A DNA stretch of 64,000 bases from assembly GCA_964388445.1 (NCBI GenBank), contig CAYMAI010000001.1, positions 336,215-400,214 on the forward strand. The letters are read 5' to 3'. The stretch comes from an uncultured Planctomycetia bacterium (GTDB lineage Bacteria; 4484-113; JAGGVC01). The translations under genes were made by a program, and so were the position numbers. The notes under the pieces were generated by a model that was given only the letters and a program-made list of their open reading frames with translations, ran no database searches and had not been told where the DNA came from. Shown in pieces: positions 9,880-19,529 of the stretch (the first letter of the stretch is position 1; each line of letters starts with the position of its first letter).

Positions 9880-10391
9880 GCATAGACTATCCCGACATCC
9901 TCGGTAAAGTGAGCCTGTTCGCCGGGCTTGGCGAAGAGCAGATTGCCGCCGTTGCGGAGCTGTGCCGGGAATTCAAAGCGCTCGCGGGCGAGCGGATAGT
10001 GACGGAGGGCGAGCGCGGCGACGGCGTTTATATCCTCATCGAAGGAAGCGTAGATATTTCCAAGAGGCTGACGCTGCTTTCGCGCGGCGAAAAGGACTTG
10101 CGGGACAAAAAGCTAGTTATTCTGCACGCCGACAAAGAGGCCGGGAAGTTCCCGGTATTCGGAGAAATGGGGCTGTTCTATCCCGACGAGCGAAGCGCGA
10201 CCGTGACCGCGGTTGCGACGTGCATACTTCTCGAAATCCGCAGCGACGAATTCGGCAATATTTGCGAGGCGGACAACCGGCTCGGCTATTTGGTCGCGAA
10301 AAACCTGGTCGAAATAGTCAGCGAGAGGCTGCGCAACGCCAATAGGGACGTACTTAAACTAACGACGGCGCTGTCGCTGGCGCTCGACTAA
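9876..10391 (+). CDS. Cyclic-nucleotide-binding (cNMP/CAP-type) domain protein
   Basis: 171 aa with CAP-effector-domain pattern (GERIVTEGERGDGVYILIEGSVDI ... FGEMGLF ... RSATVTAV); ATGA start/stop overlap with the K+ channel gene. Confidence 0.75.
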   Translation: MSIDYPDILGKVSLFAGLGEEQIAAVAELCREFKALAGERIVTEGERGDGVYILIEGSVDISKRLTLLSRGEKDLRDKKLVILHADKEAGKFPVFGEMGLFYPDERSATVTAVATCILLEIRSDEFGNICEADNRLGYLVAKNLVEIVSERLRNANRDVLKLTTALSLALD

Positions 10392-10400
10392 CGGCCCTTT

Positions 10401-10898
10401 CTAGTCGGAATGCTGGCCGTCTTTGAACAACAAGTCTAGCTGGTCGAGCGGGTGCTGCGAGCTTAAATGGCTGTGAGGATAGTCCGACGGATATTTGACC
10501 ATGTTGCGTTTGCATGGCAAATACTCGATTTTATGCATCGTTTCCGCAAGCAGCTTTTCGTTTTTAATCTGAGTCTCGATGACTTTTTCGTCCCAAACTT
10601 CGCCCGTGCGGCCGATTTCGCGATTTATCAGCCGCTCGCTTGCGCGCCGGATGTACCGGACTACCGTGTCCGCCGTGTTGTTGCCCTTGGGCGAAAAGAC
10701 GACGTGCACTTCGTCAGGCAAAACAACGTAACCGCCGAGAAGGCACTGGTTCAGCTCGCGAGTGTTCGCGATAAAGCTAACGACGATAGCGGCGATTCCC
10801 CCGTCCGCTAGCTGCTGCGCTCGCCTGACCGTATTCCAACTGACGGCAAAGATTTTCCCATGCTTGTGTTCCCCAGGCATTACCGCAATATTATACAC
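10401..10898 (-). CDS. IS200/IS605-family HuH tyrosine transposase-like protein (RayT/TnpA-REP-like)
   Basis: 165 aa; HuH-like motif LPDEVHVVF, downstream RYIRRASERLINREIG...GEVWDEKV and C-terminal Y-containing segment resemble Y1 transposases; single gene, no obvious IS ends or partner tnpB. Confidence 0.55.
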   Translation of the reverse strand: MYNIAVMPGEHKHGKIFAVSWNTVRRAQQLADGGIAAIVVSFIANTRELNQCLLGGYVVLPDEVHVVFSPKGNNTADTVVRYIRRASERLINREIGRTGEVWDEKVIETQIKNEKLLAETMHKIEYLPCKRNMVKYPSDYPHSHLSSQHPLDQLDLLFKDGQHSD

Positions 10899-10956
10899 AA
10901 AAACGGTGCATAGTCAAAAACTGACATACGGCGATTTCACAAATGGAAAAAGTCGT

Positions 10957-11373
10957 CTAGCTCGCCGGTACAAGCGTCCAGGTGAACGAAGTGCCTTCGG
11001 CGATTTGCTGCGAGAGCGTGGTGTCGGGCGTATTTTCGCCCGCGCCAAGCGAGTATGTCCCCGGAGCGACGGCAATCGTCACGGTCGCGCCGGTCGAAAT
11101 CGTCCCCCATACTTCCCCGTTTATCCAAAGCTGGATAGGCCTTCCGGTGTTATTCACCACGATGAGCGCGGTTTGAGGGGCCGATTCGGAAGTGTAATAG
11201 TAATACGCGCCGTACGCCGCCGCGCCTATACCCAGCATAATCGCCGCCGACATGCTTGCGTTCGGCTCGATTCCGCAGCCGGTTGCCGAAAGCGAAAGCG
11301 ACGCAAGAATCGCGAATGAAACCGCAAGAATCAAGCGTTTCAAGAGACATTCACCGCCGCAATTAAACCGCAA
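10957..11373 (-). CDS. Small lipoprotein, hypothetical
   Basis: Signal peptide plus lipobox (LSLSATGC), Tyr/Gly/Thr-rich mature region. Confidence 0.4.
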   Translation of the reverse strand: MRFNCGGECLLKRLILAVSFAILASLSLSATGCGIEPNASMSAAIMLGIGAAAYGAYYYYTSESAPQTALIVVNNTGRPIQLWINGEVWGTISTGATVTIAVAPGTYSLGAGENTPDTTLSQQIAEGTSFTWTLVPAS

Positions 11374-11498
11374 CCCGTCCGCAAATGCAATAGGCTTGAT
11401 AAAATTCCGTTTTGGATGGCGTCCGAATCGGTATTTCGCGTATCGCTTGCCAAACCGGAATTTGGGCTATAAAATCCAAGCCGTTCTAAAAAGGGTGA

Positions 11499-12236
11499 TT
11501 GAGGATGCAAAAGAGGGAAAAGCTGTACGAGGGCAAGGCCAAGGTACTTTGGTCCACGGACGACCCCTCGCTTTTGATTCAGGAATTCAAGGATGCCTTG
11601 ACCGCGTTCGACGGCGAGAAGTTGTCGTCTATGGGCGGAAAAGGCGCTATTAACTGCGAAATTTCGAGCGCCGTATTCGAAATGCTCGAAAAGCGCGGCG
11701 TCGCAACGCATTTCGTACGGCGCCTTTCGCCGAACGAGCAGCTTGTGCGCCATATGAAGATGATTCAGCTCGAAGTCGTCGTGCGAAATTACGTCGCCGG
11801 TTCGATTCAGCGCCGCACCGGACTTCCGGAAGGTAAAGAAATAGAGCGTCCCATCGTGGAATTTTATTACAAGTCGGACGAACTTAAAGACCCGCTTTTG
11901 GCCTTCGACCACATCTTCCTTCTCGGCTTTCTTAGTATGGCTGAATATAACTATCTCCGCAAAACCGCACTCGAAATAAACGAAGCGCTAATCGACATTT
12001 TCTTCGGCGCAGGAATCAAACTCGTAGATTTCAAACTTGAATTCGGCTGGTTCGAAACGAGCATTCTTTTGGGCGACGAAGTTACTCCGGACACTTGCCG
12101 GCTTTGGGACGCCAAGACCGGCGCCAAGCTGGACAAGGACGTTTTCAGGTTCGATTTGGGCGACGTGAGCACGGTGTACAACGATGTTTTGCGCAGAATC
12201 GGCGAGATTTCGAGCGGAGAATCCGCCGGCGCATAA
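11499..12236 (+). CDS. purC: Phosphoribosylaminoimidazole-succinocarboxamide synthase (SAICAR synthetase)
   Basis: N-terminus LYEGKAKVLWSTDDP and overall PurC-like sequence, about 240 aa. Confidence 0.9.
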   Translation: MRMQKREKLYEGKAKVLWSTDDPSLLIQEFKDALTAFDGEKLSSMGGKGAINCEISSAVFEMLEKRGVATHFVRRLSPNEQLVRHMKMIQLEVVVRNYVAGSIQRRTGLPEGKEIERPIVEFYYKSDELKDPLLAFDHIFLLGFLSMAEYNYLRKTALEINEALIDIFFGAGIKLVDFKLEFGWFETSILLGDEVTPDTCRLWDAKTGAKLDKDVFRFDLGDVSTVYNDVLRRIGEISSGESAGA

Positions 12237-12271
12237 TCGCGCGGCTTTGCCGCCACCAACAGGATAGGAAA

Positions 12272-12523
12272 ATGCAATTTAAAATCGAAGTCTATGTTTC
12301 GCCAAGAAAAGACATACTCGACCCTCAGGGGAAGGCGGTCGAGCAGGCGCTGCACAACCTGCGGTTCACCGGCGTTTCTAATCTTCGCGTGGGCAAATAT
12401 TTGATTTTCGATCTCGAAGCGGACACCGGCGAGGCTGCGAAAACGGCGGCGGAAGAAATGTGCAAAAACCTGCTTGCAAATCCCGTTATCGAAGATTTCG
12501 AAATCAGCGTATCTCAGGCCTGA
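12272..12523 (+). CDS. purS: Phosphoribosylformylglycinamidine synthase subunit PurS
   Basis: 83 aa MQFKIEVYVSPRKDILDPQGKAVEQALHNL..., classic PurS; ATG at 12272 verified, directly downstream of purC. Confidence 0.85.
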   Translation: MQFKIEVYVSPRKDILDPQGKAVEQALHNLRFTGVSNLRVGKYLIFDLEADTGEAAKTAAEEMCKNLLANPVIEDFEISVSQA

Positions 12524-12654
12524 TTCGCACTCTATTTTAGACCCGTCGTTTGGCCCACGTGGCGGCGGACTCTGCCTTGCCGCATATTTTTTTTCCGGAC
12601 GGCATGATTGTGATAAACTTGACGCGCCCATGTTGATAGCTTTCCGGAAGTGCC

Positions 12655-14850
12655 ATGTCAGGCGAGGTAATTGCAATGCGCATAGATAAATTTGCCCTGA
12701 TGGTTGTCGCGTTGATAGCCGCACTTGCGGCGTTTTCGGCGCCGGTTAACGCGGAAATCGTCAATCTCGTGTTTTTGCACACGGGAGACTCCGAGGGACA
12801 GCTTTATTCGTTCTATCCGAACGACGCCGCGCTTGCCGAAGTGGGGATTTCTTCGAAGCCGGTCGGCGGATATCCGAAACGGCACATTTTCTTCGCGGAC
12901 AAGCGGGCGAACAAGAAAATCCACTGGATTGCGCTGGACAGCGGAGGGGCGTTCGGCGGCTCGATGCTGTCGTTTTATACCCAAGGCTTTGCCGACATCG
13001 ACATGATGAACAGGCTCAAGTACGACGCGATGGCGCTCGGCTTGCAGGAATTCCGGTTCGGCCAGCCGGTGCTGAAAGAGCGGGTGGGAATGGCGCAGTT
13101 CCCGTTTCTGTGCGCGAATGTGAAGGTAGCGGACACCGGCGAATATTTCGCCAAGCCGTTCACGGTAATCGAAAAGGGCGGGCTAAAAATAGGGGTTATC
13201 GGGCTGATTTCCGGAAATGCGCAAAACCTGATCAACCCAAGGCATACGGAAGGATTGATTTTCAGCGACCCGGTCGAGTCGGTCAAAGCGATTTTGCCGG
13301 AAGTGCAAAGCCAGGCGGACGTTATCGTCGCGCTTACCCATCAAGGCGTGGATGCCGATATAAGGCTTGCCGCGGAAGTGCCGGAAATCAGCGTAATCGT
13401 CGGCGGAATGAGCAAGACCGAGCTTGAAGTTCCGATGCGCGTAGGCGATACGTACATCGTGCACGCCGGAATGTGGGGCGAAAAAGTCGGAATGTTCAAG
13501 GTGACGTTCGAGAGCGAGGACGGCGAAAGCTGGCACATCCGGTTTTTCGACGAAACGCTCGTCGCGATGGACGGTAGATACGCGGATAACACCGACATTC
13601 TCAAAGTGCTAAACGCCCACGCAAGCGACGTTCAAGCCAAACTAGGCGTCGTACTCGGGGAGTTTAAGGAAGAGCTTTCGAACCTCCGCGTAAAGGCGTC
13701 GGAAACCGAAATCGGCAACTTTGCGGCGGACGTGGCCCGCGAATTCGCCGGTGCGGACGCGGCGCTGATAACGGCGTCGAGCATACGTGCGCCGCTTCCC
13801 GAAGGGCCGATTACCGCCGGCGACGTGTATCGCGCGTTTCCCTGCGACGATGTTCTCGTCAGCTACGAGCTAAAGGGCTTCGAGCTGTGGCGGCTTTTGA
13901 ACGAAAGCGCAAGGCAAATCGGAACGAACGGTTTTCCGAGCGTCTCGAACATCGAATTCGGGATTTTCGACGGAAAGGCATACGACGTCATCGTAGGCGG
14001 CTTGAACCTAGTGCCGGATGGAACCTACACCGTCGTAACGACGAATTACGTTGCCGGTGGCGGCGAAGGTTACGGCGCGCTTCTGGGCAGAACGCCAGTT
14101 CTTTATACCGGCGTCACTTTGCGCGAAGCAATCGAGGATTACATCAAATCGCGCACCGGAATCGCTCCTGAAACAGAAGGGCGAGTTTATTTTCTTGCGG
14201 AACCGCCGGAATCGGAAGGTTCGGAGCCATACGAATATTACGTTCCGCCTTACGAGGAAGAGGAAACTTCCGGCGATGAAAGCGCGGAAACCGAAGAACC
14301 GGCGGATGGAGGCGAAGCGCTTCTGCCGGAGGACGGCATAGCGAATCTGGAGGAGATGGAGGCCACGCCTTCGTCCGGTTCTTCCGGAGGTCAACCGCCG
14401 ATGCTAACCGAAAATTACGTCGGAGTAGCGGAAATTACCGAGGAAGGTGTGCATTACGCATTCGCCGTTGTACCGCGCGAAGAACTGGGACAAAAGTATC
14501 TAGAATTCCGGCTTGACGTGACGAACGTGGGCGAAATCAACAAGCTGATTAATTTCCAAACTCATCAGCACGTGGACTTCGTAATCAAAGAAGGAAACAG
14601 AGTGGCTTGGAACTTCGGTTTCTGGCGTTACTGGCCGAATATCGTCGATTCGTTCACGCTCGAGCCGGGAAAATCCGTAACATACATCGCGAACTGGGAC
14701 GGGCTTGAAAACAGCGGGACGAAGGCCGCAAGAAAGCTTTACAGGTTCGAGGCGCAATACCTTTCCACCGGCGGCGCGACGCTAGGATTCACGAGCCTTC
14801 TCGAATGGAGCGGTTCCGCGGAAGGCGGGGAATCAGGAACATCCGAATAG
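12655..14850 (+). CDS. Secreted 5'-nucleotidase/metallophosphoesterase-family protein with degenerate metal-binding motifs and C-terminal BsuPI-like beta domain
   Basis: Signal peptide; N-terminal calcineurin-like and C-terminal 5'-nucleotidase-like regions; expected DxH, GD, GNH[DE] and GH positions read D-S-E, G-G, GLQEF, HQG; C-terminal ~130 aa resemble the intracellular proteinase inhibitor (BsuPI) fold. Confidence 0.7.
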   Translation: MSGEVIAMRIDKFALMVVALIAALAAFSAPVNAEIVNLVFLHTGDSEGQLYSFYPNDAALAEVGISSKPVGGYPKRHIFFADKRANKKIHWIALDSGGAFGGSMLSFYTQGFADIDMMNRLKYDAMALGLQEFRFGQPVLKERVGMAQFPFLCANVKVADTGEYFAKPFTVIEKGGLKIGVIGLISGNAQNLINPRHTEGLIFSDPVESVKAILPEVQSQADVIVALTHQGVDADIRLAAEVPEISVIVGGMSKTELEVPMRVGDTYIVHAGMWGEKVGMFKVTFESEDGESWHIRFFDETLVAMDGRYADNTDILKVLNAHASDVQAKLGVVLGEFKEELSNLRVKASETEIGNFAADVAREFAGADAALITASSIRAPLPEGPITAGDVYRAFPCDDVLVSYELKGFELWRLLNESARQIGTNGFPSVSNIEFGIFDGKAYDVIVGGLNLVPDGTYTVVTTNYVAGGGEGYGALLGRTPVLYTGVTLREAIEDYIKSRTGIAPETEGRVYFLAEPPESEGSEPYEYYVPPYEEEETSGDESAETEEPADGGEALLPEDGIANLEEMEATPSSGSSGGQPPMLTENYVGVAEITEEGVHYAFAVVPREELGQKYLEFRLDVTNVGEINKLINFQTHQHVDFVIKEGNRVAWNFGFWRYWPNIVDSFTLEPGKSVTYIANWDGLENSGTKAARKLYRFEAQYLSTGGATLGFTSLLEWSGSAEGGESGTSE

Positions 14851-14900
14851 GCGGTAGCTCGATGCAAGATGAAAACGCGAAGCGGAGCGTTTAGCCGCAA

Positions 14901-15764
14901 ATGGACTTCCTATTAGACCTGTTCAGCGTTGACGGCGTAGTGCTTTTCGTTTTCGGGCTTCTCACGATAATGAGCGTGGTGGACACGCTTAACCTATCCA
15001 TCAGAGTCGCCGGCGTAATCACGAAACGGCTCGCCATCGCTCTGACGCTTTTCAACATTCTGATGGTCTTCTCGCGCATGAGCAATATGATTCAGGCGCC
15101 GTTCGTCGGGGGAATGGTGGATGGCGCAATTCTCGCCAGTCCTGGCGGCCACGCCGAGTTAATCGTAATCCCTAAGTTCAGAATGCTCATTCTTGCGTAC
15201 ACGCTCGGCGCGATGCTCGGCGCGTTCTTGACGCCGACTTTTCAGCGGATTTTCAGCAGCGTCATAATGGAATTCGAGGAAAAAAAGAGCATGGCGCGCG
15301 CAGCGGCGAAGATTTTCAATCCTGCGAATTTATTCAAGCTGACTCTGCCCGGCAGGGGGCATTTCGAGCGATACTCGAACTGGAAAAACATTCCGAAAGG
15401 CTTCATCGTTTGGAATCTTTTCGTTACGAGTTTTTATACGGTCGGCGTTTTGAGCTCGCTTCTCGCCGGAGCGATGCTTCCCGAATTCAGGGCGACGGCC
15501 GCGACGCTTTCCGGGCTAGTCAACGGCATAGCCACGTTTCTTTTGTTCCTGATGGTGGACCCGACGGCGGCGCTCATTACCGATCATTGCATACTCGGAA
15601 AGCGGCCGGAAATCGACGTGAAGGTGATGAACTTTTACCTTATCTGGTCGAAAATTTTCGGCACGCTGCTTGCGCAGCTGCTGCTCGTGCCTATGGCGAA
15701 ATACGTCGGCTGGGCTGCCGAGATGGTGAACAGGCTTTCGGATTACTGGGCGCTTAACGTATAG
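14901..15764 (+). CDS. Polytopic membrane protein, Amj-like (DUF2837; candidate alternative lipid II flippase)
   Basis: 287 aa, N-terminal pattern L-x-LSIRVAGVITKRLAIALTLFNILMVFSRMSNMIQ reminiscent of Amj family; from memory only. Confidence 0.45.
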   Translation: MDFLLDLFSVDGVVLFVFGLLTIMSVVDTLNLSIRVAGVITKRLAIALTLFNILMVFSRMSNMIQAPFVGGMVDGAILASPGGHAELIVIPKFRMLILAYTLGAMLGAFLTPTFQRIFSSVIMEFEEKKSMARAAAKIFNPANLFKLTLPGRGHFERYSNWKNIPKGFIVWNLFVTSFYTVGVLSSLLAGAMLPEFRATAATLSGLVNGIATFLLFLMVDPTAALITDHCILGKRPEIDVKVMNFYLIWSKIFGTLLAQLLLVPMAKYVGWAAEMVNRLSDYWALNV

Positions 15765-15832
15765 GCCGCAAGAATGGCGTTACATAACTGATTTCGCAAG
15801 CAATTGCCGAAACAAATTGATATTATTAAACC

Positions 15833-17194
15833 GTGCCGAGCAGAAGCCTGAAAACATCCGGTCCGCGGAATCAGCGGTTTCCGCCGTCGCCTACCGAGAA
15901 GATAAGGCAGCGAAAACCGGCGAAAACCCCGATCAAAAGGAAGAATACGCTTGCCATCTCCTTGATAACTGCCGCCGCCGTAGCCGCCGTTATCGGCGTT
16001 ATAACCCTAATCAATTTCCGGCTTGAAGCGAAAGAGACCGCCCGCATTCTGTCGGAGCTTGCGCCGATGCTGAACAGCCAGCGGTTTTTCGTCGGCATCC
16101 AACTGAAACCGGAAGGCAGAGACACGCTATATGCCTTCGACCCGGAAACTCGAACCGCTGCAAATTTGGGCGTGCTTTCAAACGAGTTAATTGCGACAGT
16201 GAATCCCGAAAAAACGAGGCTGTTCTACCTGCGAAAACCGGTCGGGCTGAGCGTCGGACTGGCGCAGATTTTCGGAAAAACGATTTATTCCGCGGACGGC
16301 GTGGTTATCGAGCCCAAGGAAAGAAAAATTCGCGTACCGTTTCATTCGCTTCCCGGAAAACCGCTTTCGGTTGGGTACGGTGTAACCGGGATTTGGGGCG
16401 GCTCGGCGGACAGGATATTTCTATCACTTCTTAAATCGCCCGGAAACGTCGGCTCGGGTGGCTACATTTTTTACGGAGACGGCCAGACCTTGGAAGATAT
16501 GTCGCACGTCGTATTCGATTTGAGAGATAAGAAGCCGCGGCCGCATTTTCCGATTCCGGCGCGCGCGAATCTCCGGGACGCGCTTTTTATAGGCGACGAC
16601 GTATGGTACGCACAGGCGTATCCGCACAGGTTGGGTCTATCGACAATCGACGCCGAAAAGCATATGACGTTGGAAGTAGAAGACTCGATCAGCTCGCTTT
16701 TTTCCGTCAACGAAAATCAAATCGGAATCGTCAGCGGAATGCGGGCCGATCCGCTCTATAGAAGCGGCATTTTTACGCTCGACCCGGCGGACAAAACCAT
16801 CGACTTAAAATTCAAAACGGGCTCGGTCATAAGGAAAGAAAGCACGGACAAATTCAACCGCATGCTGTTTTTTATTCAGTCGGAGCTTAACGCCAAGCTC
16901 GTTTCGGACGACGAATTCAGCAACGAGCCGAGAACCACCTACGGGCTTTATGCGCTGCCGTATGAGGTGCTCGAAAGCGACGAGCCCGGCGAATTGTCCG
17001 ACTTGCGAAGGATAACTACGCTCGGACGAAGCGGGAGCGCGGGATATTTCGACGTGAATTACCGTACGAAAACCATTGTTTTTCGCGACTCGAGGGCGCT
17101 TTACGAAATTTCGTACGAAGGCGGGGAAGCAGAGGAGCTTTGGATGCCGCCCGAACTGAATCTTCAATGGATTCAGGCCATTTACTGCGATTGA
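15833..17194 (+). CDS. Membrane-anchored hypothetical protein (beta-rich extracytoplasmic domain)
   Basis: 453 aa, basic N-terminus and one TM helix (LAISLITAAAVAAVIGVITLI); no recognised catalytic motif. Confidence 0.45.
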   Translation: MPSRSLKTSGPRNQRFPPSPTEKIRQRKPAKTPIKRKNTLAISLITAAAVAAVIGVITLINFRLEAKETARILSELAPMLNSQRFFVGIQLKPEGRDTLYAFDPETRTAANLGVLSNELIATVNPEKTRLFYLRKPVGLSVGLAQIFGKTIYSADGVVIEPKERKIRVPFHSLPGKPLSVGYGVTGIWGGSADRIFLSLLKSPGNVGSGGYIFYGDGQTLEDMSHVVFDLRDKKPRPHFPIPARANLRDALFIGDDVWYAQAYPHRLGLSTIDAEKHMTLEVEDSISSLFSVNENQIGIVSGMRADPLYRSGIFTLDPADKTIDLKFKTGSVIRKESTDKFNRMLFFIQSELNAKLVSDDEFSNEPRTTYGLYALPYEVLESDEPGELSDLRRITTLGRSGSAGYFDVNYRTKTIVFRDSRALYEISYEGGEAEELWMPPELNLQWIQAIYCD

Positions 17195-18849
17195 AGCCGG
17201 TCCTTGAGCTTCGCGAATTCGGCGGGATTGACCGTAACGCTTTTTTCTTCGCGCATAAGCACACGGCCCGGAGGCGAGTTTTTCGGCTTCCGCAAGTGTT
17301 TCATCTGAGTGTAGCTTACATCCACGGAATGCTCGTCTTTGTCCTTGCTGTGCGCTGCCGCGACGATAGCACATTCGATTCTCGTGCGGTCGGGCAGGGC
17401 GGCGCGTCCGGTAAGCGCGATTACCCAGCTTCCCGGCACGTCGCGCGAATGAAACCACCAATGCGGCGTCGAGCCGTATCGTTTCAGCAATGCTTCGTTC
17501 GCCCTGTCGCTAAGCCCGACTATTATCGCAACGCCGTCGCTCGAAAAATAAAGCTTGTGCTTGATGCCGAGCTTGCGCAGCGAAGAAATTTCCTGTTTCC
17601 GCTTTTTGCCGAGTTCGCTCGATATCCCGGCTGTTTTTCCTTTGGAAGTTTTTTCCGAATCGCCCAATAGGGACTGTAGCTTCGGAATCGCCGCTTTGTA
17701 TCTTTCCGCAGTTTTAATTAAAAGTCCTGCAAGGATTTCGGGCGGTTCGTTTTTTTGCAGCAGTTTTTCGATTTGCGGCGGGCATCCGGTTTTACTTGCC
17801 ACTCCGAGCGCTCTCGCCCGGAATTCGTCGGGAATGGGATTTCCGAGCAGGCCGTCCGCGCTCGCCTGTTCGACCAGCCATCCCGCAAGTCCGGATACTG
17901 CCGGATGCCGCTCTATCTGCCGAAGTTCTTCCTGCATTTGCGCCGTCCGCCTGTCCGCGGAGTACCTTGGCGTCCATGGTTTAGAGGTCTTCGATTCCTT
18001 TGCGGAAAAGGCGTTTCTAAATTGGACTTCAAGGATTTCTTCGATACTTCCGGCGGCAAATTCCCCGCCCGGCGAGACGCCGTTCTCCATTGCCTTGAAC
18101 GCTTCGAACAATCGAGTCAACCAGCCGCCATTCGAAACCAAACGGCCAATCGTCGCGTCTGCGGATATTTCCAAACTCGAAAATACCAGTTTTAGCAATC
18201 CCGTATTCAGGCCGGAAAAAACGGCTTGGAGCGCGCTTATCGCCGCTTCACCGTCATTTTCAACCGCATAATCTATTAGGAGCTTTGCGAAATCTGCATG
18301 GTTTATACCGATAATGCTTGCTTTCGAAAGCGGCGGCGGTTCGGGGTACGGTTTTCCCGTGATTATCCGGCGAAAGGTGTTTTTTGATTGGTCGTACTTT
18401 CTGGCGGCGCTTATGACGAAACGATTTTCGTTCAGCAAATACGCTCCGCTGTGCCTGCCCATAATTTCAATGACAAGGTGGCGGACGATTTCCTTTCCGA
18501 ATTCGGTGCGTCTGGCGAATTTTAGCTCCGCCCGGCGCTCTCCCGCCGGAAAAGCAATGCCGCAGAGAATCGAACCTGAAAGCTGAAACGAAAGCGACTT
18601 TGTGAAATTATCCGGTTCTTGAGTGGTGAACTCTTGCACGGTAGTTCCGCTCTCGCCCCGGATAACGGCGAATACCGGCGCGTCCGGCTGCACGGAAACG
18701 GCGGCCAATAACGGCTCGCCGCCGGCAAATTCCAATGCGAATCCGCCCCGGAGCCCTTGAACCGAAGCAAGCCGTTTTCCTGCGCCGGATTCTGCAAGCA
18801 AGCGGACGGCATGGTTGAACGTGAAAATATCCACCGGAGCATGATACAA
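17182..18849 (-). CDS. NFACT-family protein (RqcH/FbpA-like ribosome quality control factor)
   Basis: N-terminal NFACT-N-like region with MGRHSGAYLL motif; C-terminal NFACT-R/DUF814-like segment (VAIIVGLSDRANEALLKRYGSTPHWWFHSRDVPGSWVIAL). Confidence 0.7.
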   Translation of the reverse strand: MYHAPVDIFTFNHAVRLLAESGAGKRLASVQGLRGGFALEFAGGEPLLAAVSVQPDAPVFAVIRGESGTTVQEFTTQEPDNFTKSLSFQLSGSILCGIAFPAGERRAELKFARRTEFGKEIVRHLVIEIMGRHSGAYLLNENRFVISAARKYDQSKNTFRRIITGKPYPEPPPLSKASIIGINHADFAKLLIDYAVENDGEAAISALQAVFSGLNTGLLKLVFSSLEISADATIGRLVSNGGWLTRLFEAFKAMENGVSPGGEFAAGSIEEILEVQFRNAFSAKESKTSKPWTPRYSADRRTAQMQEELRQIERHPAVSGLAGWLVEQASADGLLGNPIPDEFRARALGVASKTGCPPQIEKLLQKNEPPEILAGLLIKTAERYKAAIPKLQSLLGDSEKTSKGKTAGISSELGKKRKQEISSLRKLGIKHKLYFSSDGVAIIVGLSDRANEALLKRYGSTPHWWFHSRDVPGSWVIALTGRAALPDRTRIECAIVAAAHSKDKDEHSVDVSYTQMKHLRKPKNSPPGRVLMREEKSVTVNPAEFAKLKDRLQSQ

Positions 18850-18920
18850 TTTATTCGCGCATGGCCAAATCCGGCGATTTTCGGGAACACGAATTTACGG
18901 CGCCGGTCTAAACATGCGAG

Positions 18921-19529
18921 ATGACTATGGCCGTCATTTCAGTAGAGAATCGATTCAACGCCGTGGAAGTCAACGAGCTAATCGCAAGGTGTCAACGTGG
19001 CGAGCGGACGGCGTTCGACGAGCTGATCACGCGGTATCAGCGGTACGTGTTCAACTTGATTTACCAGCACCTCGGCAACTCGGCGGACATCGAAGACATC
19101 GCCCAGGAAGTGTTTATCCGGATATTTCGTTTTATTAAGAAGTATCGCGGCGAAGCTTCCTTCGAAAGTTGGGTATACAAGATTGTGCTCAATTATTGCC
19201 GCAGCTATGCGAGGCGCAGGTCAATGCTGAACCGCATCTTTTTCGTGCCTGTCGAGCGCGAAGAAGACGAGAAGTCGGTGGACATTATCGGCGACCAGCC
19301 GCAGCCGGACGCCAATCCGATGATGCTCGTGGAAAACCGGCGAATTGCGGACGACATACTCGGCGAACTAAGAAGGCTTCCTCCGATTTATAAGGACATT
19401 CTGATTATGCGCGAGGTGAACGAGCTGTCGTACGAGGAAATCGCCGAAATTCTCGGCATTTCGATCGGCACGGTCAAAAGCCGTATTTCGCGCGCACGTT
19501 CGATTATCAGGGACAAGGTGAAGTTGTAG
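18921..19529 (+). CDS. ECF-subfamily RNA polymerase sigma-70 factor
   Basis: About 200 aa with sigma region 2 (FDELITRYQRYVFNLIYQHLGNSADIEDIAQEVFIRIF) and region 4 HTH (LSYEEIAEILGISIGTVKSRISRARS). Confidence 0.85.
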   Translation: MTMAVISVENRFNAVEVNELIARCQRGERTAFDELITRYQRYVFNLIYQHLGNSADIEDIAQEVFIRIFRFIKKYRGEASFESWVYKIVLNYCRSYARRRSMLNRIFFVPVEREEDEKSVDIIGDQPQPDANPMMLVENRRIADDILGELRRLPPIYKDILIMREVNELSYEEIAEILGISIGTVKSRISRARSIIRDKVKL

